Origin: Selaginella moellendorffii
Lineage: Eukaryota > Plantae > Lycopodiophyta
DNA length: 64,000 bases
Assembly (NCBI RefSeq): GCF_000143415.4
Contig: NW_003314295.1
Coordinates: 1,223,923-1,287,922 of the forward strand
Direction of reading: 5' to 3'
Shown: positions 45,233-57,888 of the stretch, in pieces
How the letters are laid out: each line of letters begins with the position of its first letter
How positions within the stretch are numbered: position 1 is the stretch's first letter
The notes under the pieces: model-generated
Seen by the model: only the letters and a program-made list of their open reading frames with translations
What the model was told of the DNA's origin: nothing
Database searches by the model: none
Translations under genes and position numbers: made by a program

Positions 45233-48200
45233 ACTAATACAGGTCAAGGGGTGAAAGCCCAAAGCGTGCATCTCCCAGGGGGGGTTGCAGGGGGTTCCAA
45301 AAGTATAGTAGGGATAGTGAGGTCTAGGAACTAGTCTTGAAGGAATTCTCCAATGGTTCTTCCAAACTGACTTGAGGTTAAGACTAAGGTTGAGGAGCCT
45401 TGAGTGGGAGTGAGCATGGACTCAAGTGGTGCCAAAGGGGCCACTCAAGGAAGTGCTCAAGAGCAACTCCCACTCCCGAAAGGGAAACCAAGTGCAGTGC
45501 TCCTGGCTCATGTGGAGTGGTGCCCCACTTGAGTACCTTGTGGCTCATTGGTCTTCGCCTTTCCTAAGGGCTTGGACCTTCCCCTTGGGATGGAAGTGGG
45601 GGGGTAGAGGTAAGCCATTAGGCCACGGTGTTTCGCCCCGGCGTCCTAAAGCATATGTTGCACCCAAGACTTGGGATTTAGAGGGTCCCATGATCAAGTC
45701 TTGTGGTACCAAGGGATGTTAAGAACCTGGAGGCTTGGTGTGCTTGGCTACTTGTGTCTGCAGGGAGTGTAGCTGAACCTTAAGTCCAGTCTAACCCAGA
45801 GAGGGGGATTGGGAGAGATTTGGGAATCTGTGGATGGATGGCTAACGCTCCATTGCTTGTGCAGTGAATAGCTGAAACCAAGTAGGACCAAGTAGGAATT
45901 GGTACCATAGGCGGGAACCTTGGAGAGGGAACTTAGCTAAAGCCAAGGCGGTGTTGGTCGAATAGACGAGGTAAGCTGGCAAATTAGAAAGAAAAAATTT
46001 ATGGCTTACAATTTGGTATCGAAGCCTTTTCCTCAGTTCTAGCGAAGGATAGAGGCGGATTGCTGGGAGATGGCAAAGGTAGGGTGTAAACAAACCAAGG
46101 CAGAGACGGAACCTCCACTAGAGCTTGAGCCTCCGGTTGAATAAGAGGCTATGGATGAGGAATCCTTACATGAGGAGGACTTTAGTGAGGAAACTTTCAA
46201 ATAGGAGTCTGGTGGTGAGGTTCGGTTGTCCAAGGCTCGATTGGACGTTCTAGAAGAACAATTGGCACAGACCAACGCCTTGCTAGAGACTCTTGTATGC
46301 AAGCTAAAGCGTGACGAGAAGCGGAAGAAAAAACAAAAGACTGTGGATGCTGGCAGCGCAAAAGGTGCAAATCCTTCGGTAAGGACTGAGGCAGAACCAA
46401 ACAAGGTCGAACAGACCGAAGTGGACTCAGTCCCTCAAGCAGTTCTGAAGTACAAACCAAAGCCCCCACCGGTCTTCAAGGAGTGAATGACTATAAGGTG
46501 GTGGAGGATTGGTTTTACGATATGGAGGACTACTTTCAAGTATTGTGGTTACCGAGGTCAGAGAAGGTCCCATGTGCAAAACCATACTTGGCAGATAATG
46601 CCAAGTCATGGTGGAGAATGATAGAGGCCAACGAAGGACTGGTGGCCACTTGGGAAATGATGAAGGCAAGGATCTGCGCGACATACGTTCCTTTAAATGC
46701 TACTTTGCACTTAAGGGATGAGCTAAATAGGTTGAAATAGACTAGAATCATTCAAGAGTATGTGAATGGGTTTATGGCAAAGAGGATACTGGTCACAGAT
46801 ATAGGTAATATGGATATGTTCCATGCCTTCATATTAGGGTTGCAAACTTGGGCTCGCGGCGAGGTGATGCGTTGGAACCTGACCAACTACAAGGAAGCAT
46901 TGGATGCGGCTATCAAGGTGCATTTCAACAATAACCTGTGAAAGGGGAACACGACGGGGTCGGGGTCCATGTTTAACAAAGGGGCCAAACCAAGGGGAAC
47001 ATATAGCAAAAAGAAATTCAAGAAGAGTTTCTCTAAGAATGAGTCATTAGGGTTTCGGAAGGGTAGATCTAGTGGCCAGCGAGTGAGTACAAACCCATGG
47101 ATAAGAAGGGCAAGTTGGCTAATAGCGTGGGGAATAACATATGCTACAACTGCGGTGAAGCGGGACACTTCTCAAGGGAATGTCCTTACCTGAAGAAGGC
47201 CAGAGCCAATATGGCCATTAAGTCGGGTGAAATCCAAACTGAGGTATATGATTTAGTCCCTAACTCAAAGTTACTCATTACACGAGCAACTTTGGTAGAG
47301 AGTCATTCGCGACATCTACTAGCCCTTTGAGGGAAGCTCGGAGGTAGCTTTGTTAAGATCTTTATTAACACGGGTGCTTCGGATAATTTTGTGGCTGCAG
47401 ACATAATCTGGCAAGCCAAATTAACGGTGCAGCAGCTGGGCAAACCAAGGACAATAGAATTTGTTCAAGGTAGCCAAAGCACTGATGAGGTACTTCGACA
47501 AGTGAGAGTCGAAGTAGGGACATGGAAAGTAAATATGGATTTCACCATATTAGATATGGCAGGATTTGATGTAATCTTCAAGATAGATTAGTTCAATCAG
47601 TTCATGGTAGCCCTGCATGGACAAAGTAGAAACCTTGTGGTACTAGCGAATGCCCAAAAAAGAAGATCCAGGGTGGAGGCCCAAGATCTAAAGGTAGGGT
47701 AATGCAAGGCCAAAGATTCCTGCCTAAACCTAGTGTCCACGAGAGGACAACTCACTAAAGGAACCAAGGCAGCATTTTTGTGCTTACTCTTGGTGAAGAG
47801 TGACAAAAAGATGGGAATGGAAGAAGTACCTTTAGTGATCTAGTGGGTGTTGGACCAATTCTAGAATACCATGCCGGAAGAGCTACCGGCGGGGTTGCCC
47901 CTCGCACGACCAATAGAATATAAGATTGAGCTGGTCAAGGGTGCTGAGGCAGTGGTTTGTCCCCCCATTGTTTGAACAAAAAGGAACTTGAGGAGCTCAA
48001 GCGCCAACTAGAGGAGTTGGTGGACAAAGGGTATGTTAGGTTGAGCAAGTCGCTGTATGGGGCGCTGGTGTTATTTGTGAAAAAGAAAGATGGATCTATG
48101 CGCATGTGCATAAACTACCGGTTGCTCAATAAATATATAAAGAAGAACAAATACCCTTTGCCAAGGATTGAGGACCTGTTCGATAAGTTAGGAAAGGCAA

Positions 48201-50957
48201 AATCTTTCTTGAGGATTGACTTAAGGTCAGGATACTACCAAATCAGGGTAGCAGAGGAAGATGTCGAAAAGACAACCTGTCAAACAAGGTATGGGAGTTT
48301 TGAGTTTCTAGTGATGCCCTTCGGGCTATGCAATGCATCGGTAATGTTTTCGGCATTGATGAACCACATCTTTGTACCCTATTTGGATCATTTTATGGTC
48401 GTCTATATTGACAACATCCTGATCTATAGCAAAATGTTAGAGGAGCATGCCGAACACTTGACGAAGGTGTTTGAGAAACTAAGGGAACACCAACTATATG
48501 TTAAAGAGAGCAATTGTGACTTTGTTTAACAAGAGGTAAAGTTTCTCAGGCATGTGGTGGGCAAGGACAGGCTCAAGGTGGACCCCGAGAAGGTCCAAGT
48601 GATCCAGGATTGGGAGCGACCATTGAATGTACACGAGTTAAAGGCATTCTTGGGGTTATGCAACTACTACCAAAAGTTTATCAAACATTATTTGAGAGTA
48701 GCCTTGCCCTTAACAGACCAAACGGGAAAAGGGAATATGGCATAGACAGTGGAATGCGAGGCAGCATTTGTCCACCTCAAAAGGAAGTTGAGGAAGGCTC
48801 CTGTGTTGGCGTTACTAGACTTTGGTAAGGACTTTGAGGTAGAAACGGATGCTTCAGACTTTGCATTGGGCGCAATTTTGAAGCAAGACAACCATCCAGT
48901 AGCATTCTTCTCGAAGAAATTGGACAAGGCTCAATAGAAATGGCCTGCCCATGAGAAAGAATTGTTTGCGGTGGTCAAGGCGCTCAAGGAGTGGTGACAC
49001 TACCTTGGGAGACACTTCAAGGTTTACACGAACAATGTGGCAACGAAACACTTCTTATCACAGCCCGACTTGAGAGGGAAACAAGGTCGCTGGGCCAATG
49101 CTTTGGCCGAGTTTGATTGTGAGATTCTGTAGAAGCTTGGGAAGAGCAACATTGTGGCGGATGCACTAAGTCAAAAAGCGAGCTTGAAGTTGGCAATATC
49201 CAGCGCGACAGCAACCTTTTGGGATGATGTGCGGACAGCATATGAGAACAATGGTCTAGCACAAGAAGTGTTGCTGAGGAATCTAGAGGCATGGGAAGCT
49301 CACTAGAGAGGTGAGTTGCCAACAGAAAAGAAAACAGGCTATGCGGAATGCAATGGACTCATCTATTACAAGCAAACGAGAGTGTATGTTCCAGAAGGGG
49401 AATTAAGGAAGGTAGCCTTAGAAGAGTGTTATGACGGACGTCTTGCGGGACATGGCGGAGTGCCTAAGACGATGGGCTTACTCAAGAGGAAGTACCATTG
49501 GCCAGATATGGCTAAGGATGTCCAAGACTATGTAAAAACATGTCCAACATGTCCAACATGTGAGCAGGTCAAAGTCGTGTCGTCCATGGAAATGTTTTAC
49601 GATGGACTTTATCACGGAACTCCCCCCAAGTGAGGGGTTTAATGCGATATTCGTGGTGGACCAATTTTTGAAGATGGCACATTTCATACCCACCACAACA
49701 GAAGTGAATGCGGAAGGTGTGGCGAAACTATTCTTTGAACAAGTGGTTCGAGTGTGAGGAGGCCAGAGGAGATCATCTCAGACCGAGATAAGATCTTCAC
49801 CAGTAAGTTCTGGAGAACTCTCCTGGAACAGTATCACACCAAGTTGAAATTCAGTACAGCATATCACCCATAGACAAGTATTGGGTATTAAGTCAAGCTG
49901 GATAGCACTAACACTTCTTAATAGATGGACAAATGGAAAGGGTGAATAGGCAGCCGGAGGATTATTTGCAATGCTATGTTTCCGGATACTAGACTGATTG
50001 GGTAAGTCATTTGGGACTTGTGGAAATATGCTATAACAACTCACCACACTCAAGTATCAAGGTGAGTCCATGGGAAGTCATCAATGGGCGAGCTATTGAA
50101 GGCCTTGTGGAACTTGGCATGGCTGAGTATCATGAAGAGTTACCCACAGTGAAGGCATTCACGGTGGAAAGATTTAACATTTGGAATCTAGTGAGGGATT
50201 CCTTGGAACGGGCTCAACAAAGGCAAACCAAGTATGCAAACCAGAAGTGTTGGGACGTAGAGTTCCAACCTGGGGAGAAGGTGTGGTTGAACACTAAAAA
50301 CCTAGGGTTACCAAGTGGGATCAGCCAGAAGTTGACCCAAAAGTAAGATACATGTATTCCTAGAAATGAACTGATCTTGAGTTTTTTAAACAAGTTTGCG
50401 GGGCCTTACAAGATTGAGGCACGAATCGGTAAAGTGGCTTACCCCCTCCGACTTCTTCGAGAGATGGAGAAGATGCACCCAGTGTTCCATGTGAACCTAC
50501 TCAAGCCATACTTTGAAGATCCGCTTCCCAAGGACCAAGTGAGACCTTTACCTGAGGTTATCCAAGGGGAAGAGGAATACGAAGTGGAGGCCATCCTCAA
50601 TGCACACAAAAGTAAACAATAAAGACGCAAGGTGAGAGAGTTCCATGTGAAGTGGAAAGGACTTCCACACTCTGAAGTAACATGGGAACCGGAGGAGAAC
50701 CTAACGAACACGTGAGATCTAGTGGAGGAATTTCTGCAAGGCAAAACTCTATGTACTTATGTAAAGTTCAATTAAAGTATTAATTTGTGAAGTTGAGCAA
50801 TGGCATATGTTAGGACCTGAAGGTGAGCTGAAGGTAAGCTAATTGGCATGGGTTAGCTAAGTCGACCAAGCGTAGAGAACTACGCCTGACTCCCCATGGG
50901 GATGTTGAATCCATAGACATATTCTATGGAGGTTGGGTTCGAGTTCCAACCCCCTAG

Positions 50958-52174
50958 TAAAACAGGGTTGGGTTCAAGTCCCAACCCCATACTAGGGCAT
51001 GGTGGGGTGAGGGGTATAGGGACACCTATATTCTGTTATCATGGGCTCTTGGCCGGGGAGGCTAATTTAGGCACACCACTAAGTGGGGGGATGCCCTCGG
51101 AGACATGGCCAACAAGTCGTAGGATAAAAAGAGACATTTGATGTGGGTATCGAACTTCTTTTATGGGTGGTGAAGTTGTAAGGAATTAACTCCCCAATGT
51201 GTTGTAGGCTAAAGGATCCCCAAAAGCATAACCGACATGACAAAGAGTTCATTGGATGGGACCGAGTCTGAGATCGAGTCCAAGACCGACTCTAAGACCA
51301 AGTTCGAGATAAAGTCCGGGATCGAGTTCAAGGATGACTCGGAGACCGAGTTCAAGACTGAGTTTGAGACCAAGTTCGAGACAGAGTCTGAGATCTGAGA
51401 TCGGGTCTGAAACCGAGTCCAAGGTCGAGTCCGAAGTCGCGTCTGAGATCGAGTCTGAGATCGAGTTTGAGATCGAGTCTGAGATCGAGTCCAAAGTTGG
51501 GTCCGAGATCGAGTCCGAGACCGAGTCTAAGTACTAATACAGGTCAAGGGGTGAAAGCCCAAAGCCTAAAACAGGGTTGGGTTCAAGTCCCAACCCCATA
51601 CTAGGGCATGGTGGGGTGAGGGGTATAGGGACACCTATATTCTGTTATCATGGGCTCTTGGCCGGGGAGGCTAATTTAGGCACACCACTAAGTGGGGGGA
51701 TGCCCTCGGAGACATGGCCAACAAGTCGTAGGATAAAAAGAGACATTTGATGTGGGTATCGAACTTCTTTTATGGGTGGTGAAGTTGTAAGGAATTAACT
51801 CCCCAATGTGTTGTAGGCTAAAGGATCCCCAAAAGCATAACCGACATGACAAAGAGTTCATTGGATGGGACCGAGTCTGAGATCGAGTCCAAGACCGACT
51901 CTAAGACCAAGTTCGAGATAAAGTCCGGGATCGAGTTCAAGGATGACTCGGAGACCGAGTTCAAGACTGAGTTTGAGACCAAGTTCGAGACAGAGTCTGA
52001 GATCTGAGATCGGGTCTGAAACCGAGTCCAAGGTCGAGTCCGAAGTCGCGTCTGAGATCGAGTCTGAGATCGAGTTTGAGATCGAGTCTGAGATCGAGTC
52101 CAAAGTTGGGTCCGAGATCGAGTCCGAGACCGAGTCTAAGTACTAATACAGGTCAAGGGGTGAAAGCCCAAAGC
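50958..52174 (+). repeat. Apparently identical ~608-bp tandem duplication spanning the 3' UTR/LTR junction
   Basis: 50958-51565 matches 51567-52174 (offset 609; the ORF translations are identical). Confidence 0.92.
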
Positions 52175-55100
52175 GTGTGTCTCCTGGGGGGGCTGTAGGG
52201 GGTTCCAAAAGTATAGTAGGGATAGTGAGGTCTAGGAACCAGTCTTGAAAGAACTCTCCAATGGTGCTTCCAAACTGACTTGAGGTTGAGACTGAGGCTG
52301 AGGGGCCTTGAGTGGGAGTGAGCATGGACTTCGGTGGTGCCAGAGGGGCCACCCAAGGAAGTGCTCAAGAGCAGCTCCCACTCCTGAAAGGAAAACCGAC
52401 TGCTGCGCTCCTGGCTCATGTGGAGTGGTGCCCCACTTGAGTACCTTGTGGCTCATTGGTCCTCGCCTTTCCTAGGGGCTTGGACCTTCCCCTTGGGATG
52501 GAAGTGGGGGGGGGGAGGGGGGTTAGAGGTACTCATATCGGGCCGTTAGGCCATGCTTTTTCACCCCAATGTCCCGAAGCAAGTGTTGCACCCAAGGCTT
52601 GGGATTTAGAGGGTCCCATGATCAAGTCTTATTGTACCAAGGGATGTTAGGAACATGGAGGCTTGGTGTGTTTGGCTGCTTGTGCATGCAGGGAGTGTAG
52701 CCGAACCTTAAGTCTAGTCTAACCCAGGGAGGGGGACTGGGAAAGATTTGGGAATCCATGGATGGATGGCTAACGCTCTGTTGCTCGTGCAGTGAGTAGC
52801 TGAAACCAAGTAGGACCAAGTAGAAGCTGGTACCATATGCGGGAACCTTAGCGAGGGAACTTAGTTAAAGCCAAGGTGGTGTTGGTCGGATAGACGAAGT
52901 AAGCTGGCAAATTGAAAAGGAAAAATTTGTGACTTACATTTTGTTTCGCTCTTCCCTTTTTCGATCCCTTCGACAGTCTTTGTGTTGTAGCGGTTGACTA
53001 GCTCATGAAGGAGTATTTTAATCTCTTTGAATTTGACCTATCATCTAGGGCCAAGATTGCCATACGTTATTCAATTCCAATTGGGGATGCCCGTCCAATC
53101 AAGGTTCTTGTTTGTCATCAGTCACCCAAGAGATCAAGATTTTTACAAACATTAAGGAGATGTTGGAGAAAGGTGTTAACCAAAAGTTATAGAGTCCTGA
53201 GGCATGTGAACCTCATCTTATGATAAAGCCTGATAGGAGTATTTGTTTCTACATTGACTATTATCCATTAAATGAAGTGACGATTTTAGATGTGTACCCT
53301 CTTCCTCACACTGCTCATCTCTTGGATCATCTGGGGAGAAGTTGTTGGTTCGCCAAGCTAAATCTTGCTTCTAGGTATTAGTAAGTACGATGGCTGAAGA
53401 AAATATTCCTAAAATTTCTTTTCATACACCATTTGGTTTGTATGAGTTCTTGGTGATGCCATTTGGTCTGAACAATGCTTTAACAACTTTCTAGCGGATG
53501 ATGGATGAGGTTCTTTGCGATATGCCGGAAGTGACTACTGACTTCATTGATGATGTCTTGATCCACTCAAAGGGGACGTGGGAGGAGCATATACGTAATG
53601 TTTGTAAAGTGTTGGATCGGCTACAGGATGTTAGTTTAAAGTTGAAGCAGTTGAAGTGCATGTTTAGGTCCAAGGACACAACTTATCTTGAGTACTATAT
53701 TTCTCATGAAGGTTTGTAAGTTGATCATAACAAACTTGTAGCTATTTCAAAGTTCCCTACTCCGAAGTGTGAATAATGTGCAGCACTTCCTAGGCAATAT
53801 GTAGTATCTTAATTGTTTTGTGTATCATCTTTTTGATTGCACTGCACCATTACGAGCATTGTTGAAGTCATCAACATCTTCTTTCATCTGATCTCTAGAT
53901 TGTGAATAGGCATTTATGGATCTCAAAGAGCTATTGACAACTCCTCTGATGTTGGCATATCCTAACTACACTCGAACTTTCATTTTACACGTAGATGCTT
54001 TTAATATTGGTCTTGAAAGTGTGTTGATGTAAAAGAGCCCGAGTGTGCCTGGTTAGCGCCATCCCATTACGTATATAAGCCATACATTACAACCAGTGGA
54101 AGTGAACTACTTCATGATAAAGAAGGGAGTGTTTAGTAGCAATTTAGGGTTTTGAGAAATTTCATGCATATTTACATAATTCTTTGATGTTACTAAAAGG
54201 TGATCATGTTGCAGTTACTTCATTATTGAAGTGAAAGAACCTGGTTGGTTGTACTGTTTGGTGGACTTTGAAATTTCAAATATATGATTTTGATGTTGTT
54301 CATCACTCAGGGAATTCTATGGCTAATGTTGATGCCCTTTCTGAAGCTCCTTTTCCTTTTTCACTCTCTTTTCATCTTTCTAACGAGCTTGTTATTTTAG
54401 CATCTGTGGATTTTCTAGATGAGGATTTTGTGCCGTCAGCAATTGTTATACTTGATGTTTAATATCCACAAGGTGCAAAGAAAGATTTACCTTCTCTTGA
54501 TAAGGTTCGCAAGGCTCAAAAGATTGAGCCATAGATTCGAAGGCCTCAAAATGGGTTTGAGAATCCTACATCACTTGCTAATGACTTGCCATTTTGGCAT
54601 TTACATTCTTAATATCACCTTAAAAATGGCCTTCTTTATTTTGTGAGGACAAATCCTGATGATTATTTATAACTAGTGGTGCCTTTTGTCTTTATTCCAC
54701 GGTTTTTCCATGCTTACCATGATTCTCCTGTTCTAAATGGGCATATAAAACATCATCATGTGACCAAGAAGCTGTGCAGGTCTTTCTATTAGCTAAAGAT
54801 GCAACATAATATTATCTAGTATATGTGTAACTACATTTGGTGCCAAGTTTATAATACTCCCCCTCGTGTTGCGGAAGGACGGTTAGAGTCAATTGCAATT
54901 TCCTGTTTGTTGGAGTTGGTGGTGTTTGAGCTTATGGGACCTTTTTCACGGTCGACTAGTGGCAATGAATATATTATTATTGCTTTTGATTATTTGATTC
55001 ATTGGGTGAAAATTGGTGCTCTTATTAATGTCTCTGCAACTATTTTTGGATACTTCCTCCTCAATTGAGTGGTGTTTCAACATTCTTATCCGGAGTAGAT

Positions 55101-56329
55101 TCTTTTAGATAATGGTCCAACATTTATGGTTGAGGCATTTCATGTTTTGACATCTCGATTGGGATATGCCACACTTTCACGAGTGTTTATCATCCACATT
55201 CAAACAATTTGATGGAACAGCTCATTCGAACATTCAAAGGAATGATCATAAAGTATATGAACTTTTAGCATTTGGATTGGGATAGTTATTTGTTGTTTCT
55301 TCGGTATACATATGTCATAGGGGTTCAGAGTTCTGTTGGTGCTTCACCATATAAATTCCTATATAGTCATGATTCAATATTACCAATAGAGCTGAGTTTA
55401 CTTTCGCAATTGCCACGAGTTGTCAATACTAGGTCATTGGATTAGTATTTAATGAGCATTCTTCCACTTGTTCGAGCAAAGTCTGCCAAACACTTAAACC
55501 GTGTACAAATGGGACAACAATGGCACTATAACTCTCATCATCATCCATCTGTGAATTACAAAATGGATGATTTGGTGTTAGTCCATTTTCCCCATTTTAC
55601 AGTATGTGGTTTATTTAAGGGGCTCCTTGCTTAATAAAAAAGATTATATTGAGTGTTGCGGCAAGTTGAACTACAAGTTTATAATGATCAACATAATATC
55701 TAGCAGGCCAATCCTTCAGAAATTGTGCATGTATAGTAGTTAAAACACTTCGTACAAAAGGATCAAAAACAATTGATACCACTTATAGACTAACCAATGT
55801 CTCTTCCTAACATTCCTCCAGATCCCACCCTATCTACAAGAGAACTTTAATGGTTTTTTATTATTCCAAGAGGAGGGGATGATGTAAAGTCCAAGTGTAC
55901 AAATATGATATTGTATACTAGTATTAATATAGTGACTTGCTCTTGTATATAAGCTAGGGTTTTTAGGCTAATTAATATACACATTTTCTATATTCCCTTT
56001 TTATATTCCATGCACTCACAAAGTAAAATTACAAATTAATGATATCCCTTTTTGGTAGCCAAAATTTTACCACCCCACATTACATTTAATGGAATATTTT
56101 TGGATTTTTTTTTGTCATTTTACATATTGCTTGTTGCATTATTTTATAAGAAAAGTTCAAATCCTAGATCACTAACCAATGGCTTGGCATCACAGATAGA
56201 ATCACTTTTGTGGCACCCTAAACCTGAGTGCCACTTGCTGCCACAGATGCCGATCGACACTGGGAAGCCACCCTGCACAACTAGTCACAGACAAACATGA
56301 TACTTCCTAGGATTTGTGCAAATCTAAAT

Positions 56330-57410
56330 TGCACAATAGAGCCAAAGGGTTAGAAATCCACTCTAGATATAAAAGCAAATCCACAAATATTTTGCACAAA
56401 CAAAGCCATGAATGCTACTATGTACCGTGCCATTTCTAAAGACGATTGCAGCCTCTGGAGTGAACCCAGTGAACCGCTTCATCTCACCGGCTTTGCAAGG
56501 CAGAATGATCCAGTTTCTACAGCCGAACATCCGCTTTGCAGTCGGCACTCAAATCAAGCTTGAAGAAGTTTGGGCAGAGCATCAGAATCTATTGCCAGAG
56601 TTTCCCCATTTTGAGGTCAAGAGAAATTAATAGTTAGACTGTTTAACTGATTGTTGCTTCGGTACCATATGATGAACGATTGGAGCATGTGATTGTATAT
56701 TAACCCCAGATTCGTTTTGGCAGAGAATGATATGCCTTTGGAGACAACAGCACCGCTCAACTTGGTCACGAAACCTCCAAAGATTCACCGATCGTCTCCC
56801 TCGTTGGAAAGCAAGTAGTTTGGATTGGAGCCAGATCCACTTTGTGTTCTTCAAGAGAGCTTTTCTCAACATTAGTCATCTAGACAGAGACAAGATCCAT
56901 AAACAAACCGAAGATGGAGAAAAAAAACTTACACGTAGAATCTAGCATGTTGCATCTGGTCTTCTATCCTCCGCTAGAGCTACACAGCATAGCAAACCAA
57001 AAACTCTGGGTCACGTCCTCCATGGTCTTGGTCAGCACGAGGGAGAGGGTCAGAACGAAAAACTCCTGTTTCCCGAGGAGCTAGGGATGATCTGCAAACC
57101 CGTGCATGAGACGCAGGAGCTCCTTGATCGCCTCGTTGTTTCCTTGTAAGCCTCTAGAACCGACTCGGCCCTGCTAAACAGCGCGTTCGCCAGCGCCACT
57201 GGCAATTCCCCGTCCTGGCCAGCATCTAATTGCTCTAGAATTGGCTAGAGCCGCTCGCAAAATCCCACAAAGCTCCGGACACACTCGCACTTGGACAGCA
57301 TTCCCAGCACTGTGCTGGAAATCCTGTCGATCTGATCAAGAACATGGCCCAGACACTCCATCGCCGATCAGTCGATTGCCACCTCTGTGCCAGTGCCATC
57401 TCTGCTATCA
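56330..57410 (-). pseudogene. Degenerate gene paralogous to 498-1130
   Basis: Same-strand nucleotide similarity; stops in the reading frame. Confidence 0.35.
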
Positions 57411-57537
57411 GGGCCTACCATGTCATAAGCGCAAGCCATGTTAGAGGAAAGAGAGGAACGAGCGCGGCATCTGCCACATAGGAGAGAGAAATGAAACTCA
57501 CGGAGGTTTAAACGGAGGCCTCTTACTAAAGCAAGAA

Positions 57538-57568
57538 AGGCGACCTGGGTTCAATCCCAGAAATGAAG
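57538..57568 (+). tRNA. 3' half of a tRNA-Glu relic
   Basis: AGGCGACCTGGGTTCAATCCCAGAAATGAAG at the position paralogous to 1235-1296. Confidence 0.6.
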
Positions 57569-57590
57569 CTTTAAACTTCAAATGTGGATA

Positions 57591-57710
57591 CAATTATCCC
57601 ACGTGGGGAATACAGTTATCCCACGTGGAGTTTGAAATAGTCCGTTCTGTGGCAACTACAGCATGCCACAAAACAATTATCCCACGTGGAGTTTGAAATA
57701 GTCCGTTCTA
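57591..57710 (+). promoter_or_regulatory. Short repeats containing three CCACGTGG G-boxes upstream of MTPSL
   Basis: CACGTG at 57600, 57622 and 57683, about 200-290 bp upstream of ATG 57889. Confidence 0.55.
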
Positions 57711-57888
57711 GGATAGCAACTCAGCAAGCATTATGGCATGCTTTGTGTACAGCTGTCAGATGGGGGCAGTAGAGGGGAGTCTACTGTATGTTTTGCATAC
57801 ATACATACATGATTCTTTGATTATAAATGCCAAATGCTTGAGTTTTAAATATGTAAATAAAGTAAGATTTCCTCCTTTAGTTCTAAGA

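Larger units (their letters stand above)
44889..52938 (+). mobile_element. Nested Ty3/gypsy chromovirus with ~1.1-kb LTRs and TSD TTTTG
   Basis: 5' LTR 44889-46010, PBS TGGTATCGAAGC (iMet-like) at 46014, gag zinc knuckle CYNCGEAGHFSREC, RT 47957-48529, integrase, chromodomain about 50570-50740, 3' LTR 51786-52938; TTTTG at 44884-44888 and 52939-52943. Confidence 0.95.
43023..56020 (+). mobile_element. Old, heavily mutated Ty3/gypsy element of the same family as 14992-19706, interrupted by a nested element
   Basis: 5' LTR 43023-43198, 3' LTR 55883-56020 (internally deleted), PPT at about 55868-55879; gag/pol colinear with the first copy but full of stops; no clear TSD. Confidence 0.92.

Noticed and set aside
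57733-57888. 52-aa N-terminal extension of the MTPSL ORF (possible transit peptide)
   Set aside because: The paralogue starts at the Met equivalent to 57889; the extension is AT-rich promoter/UTR-like sequence containing a TATAAA.
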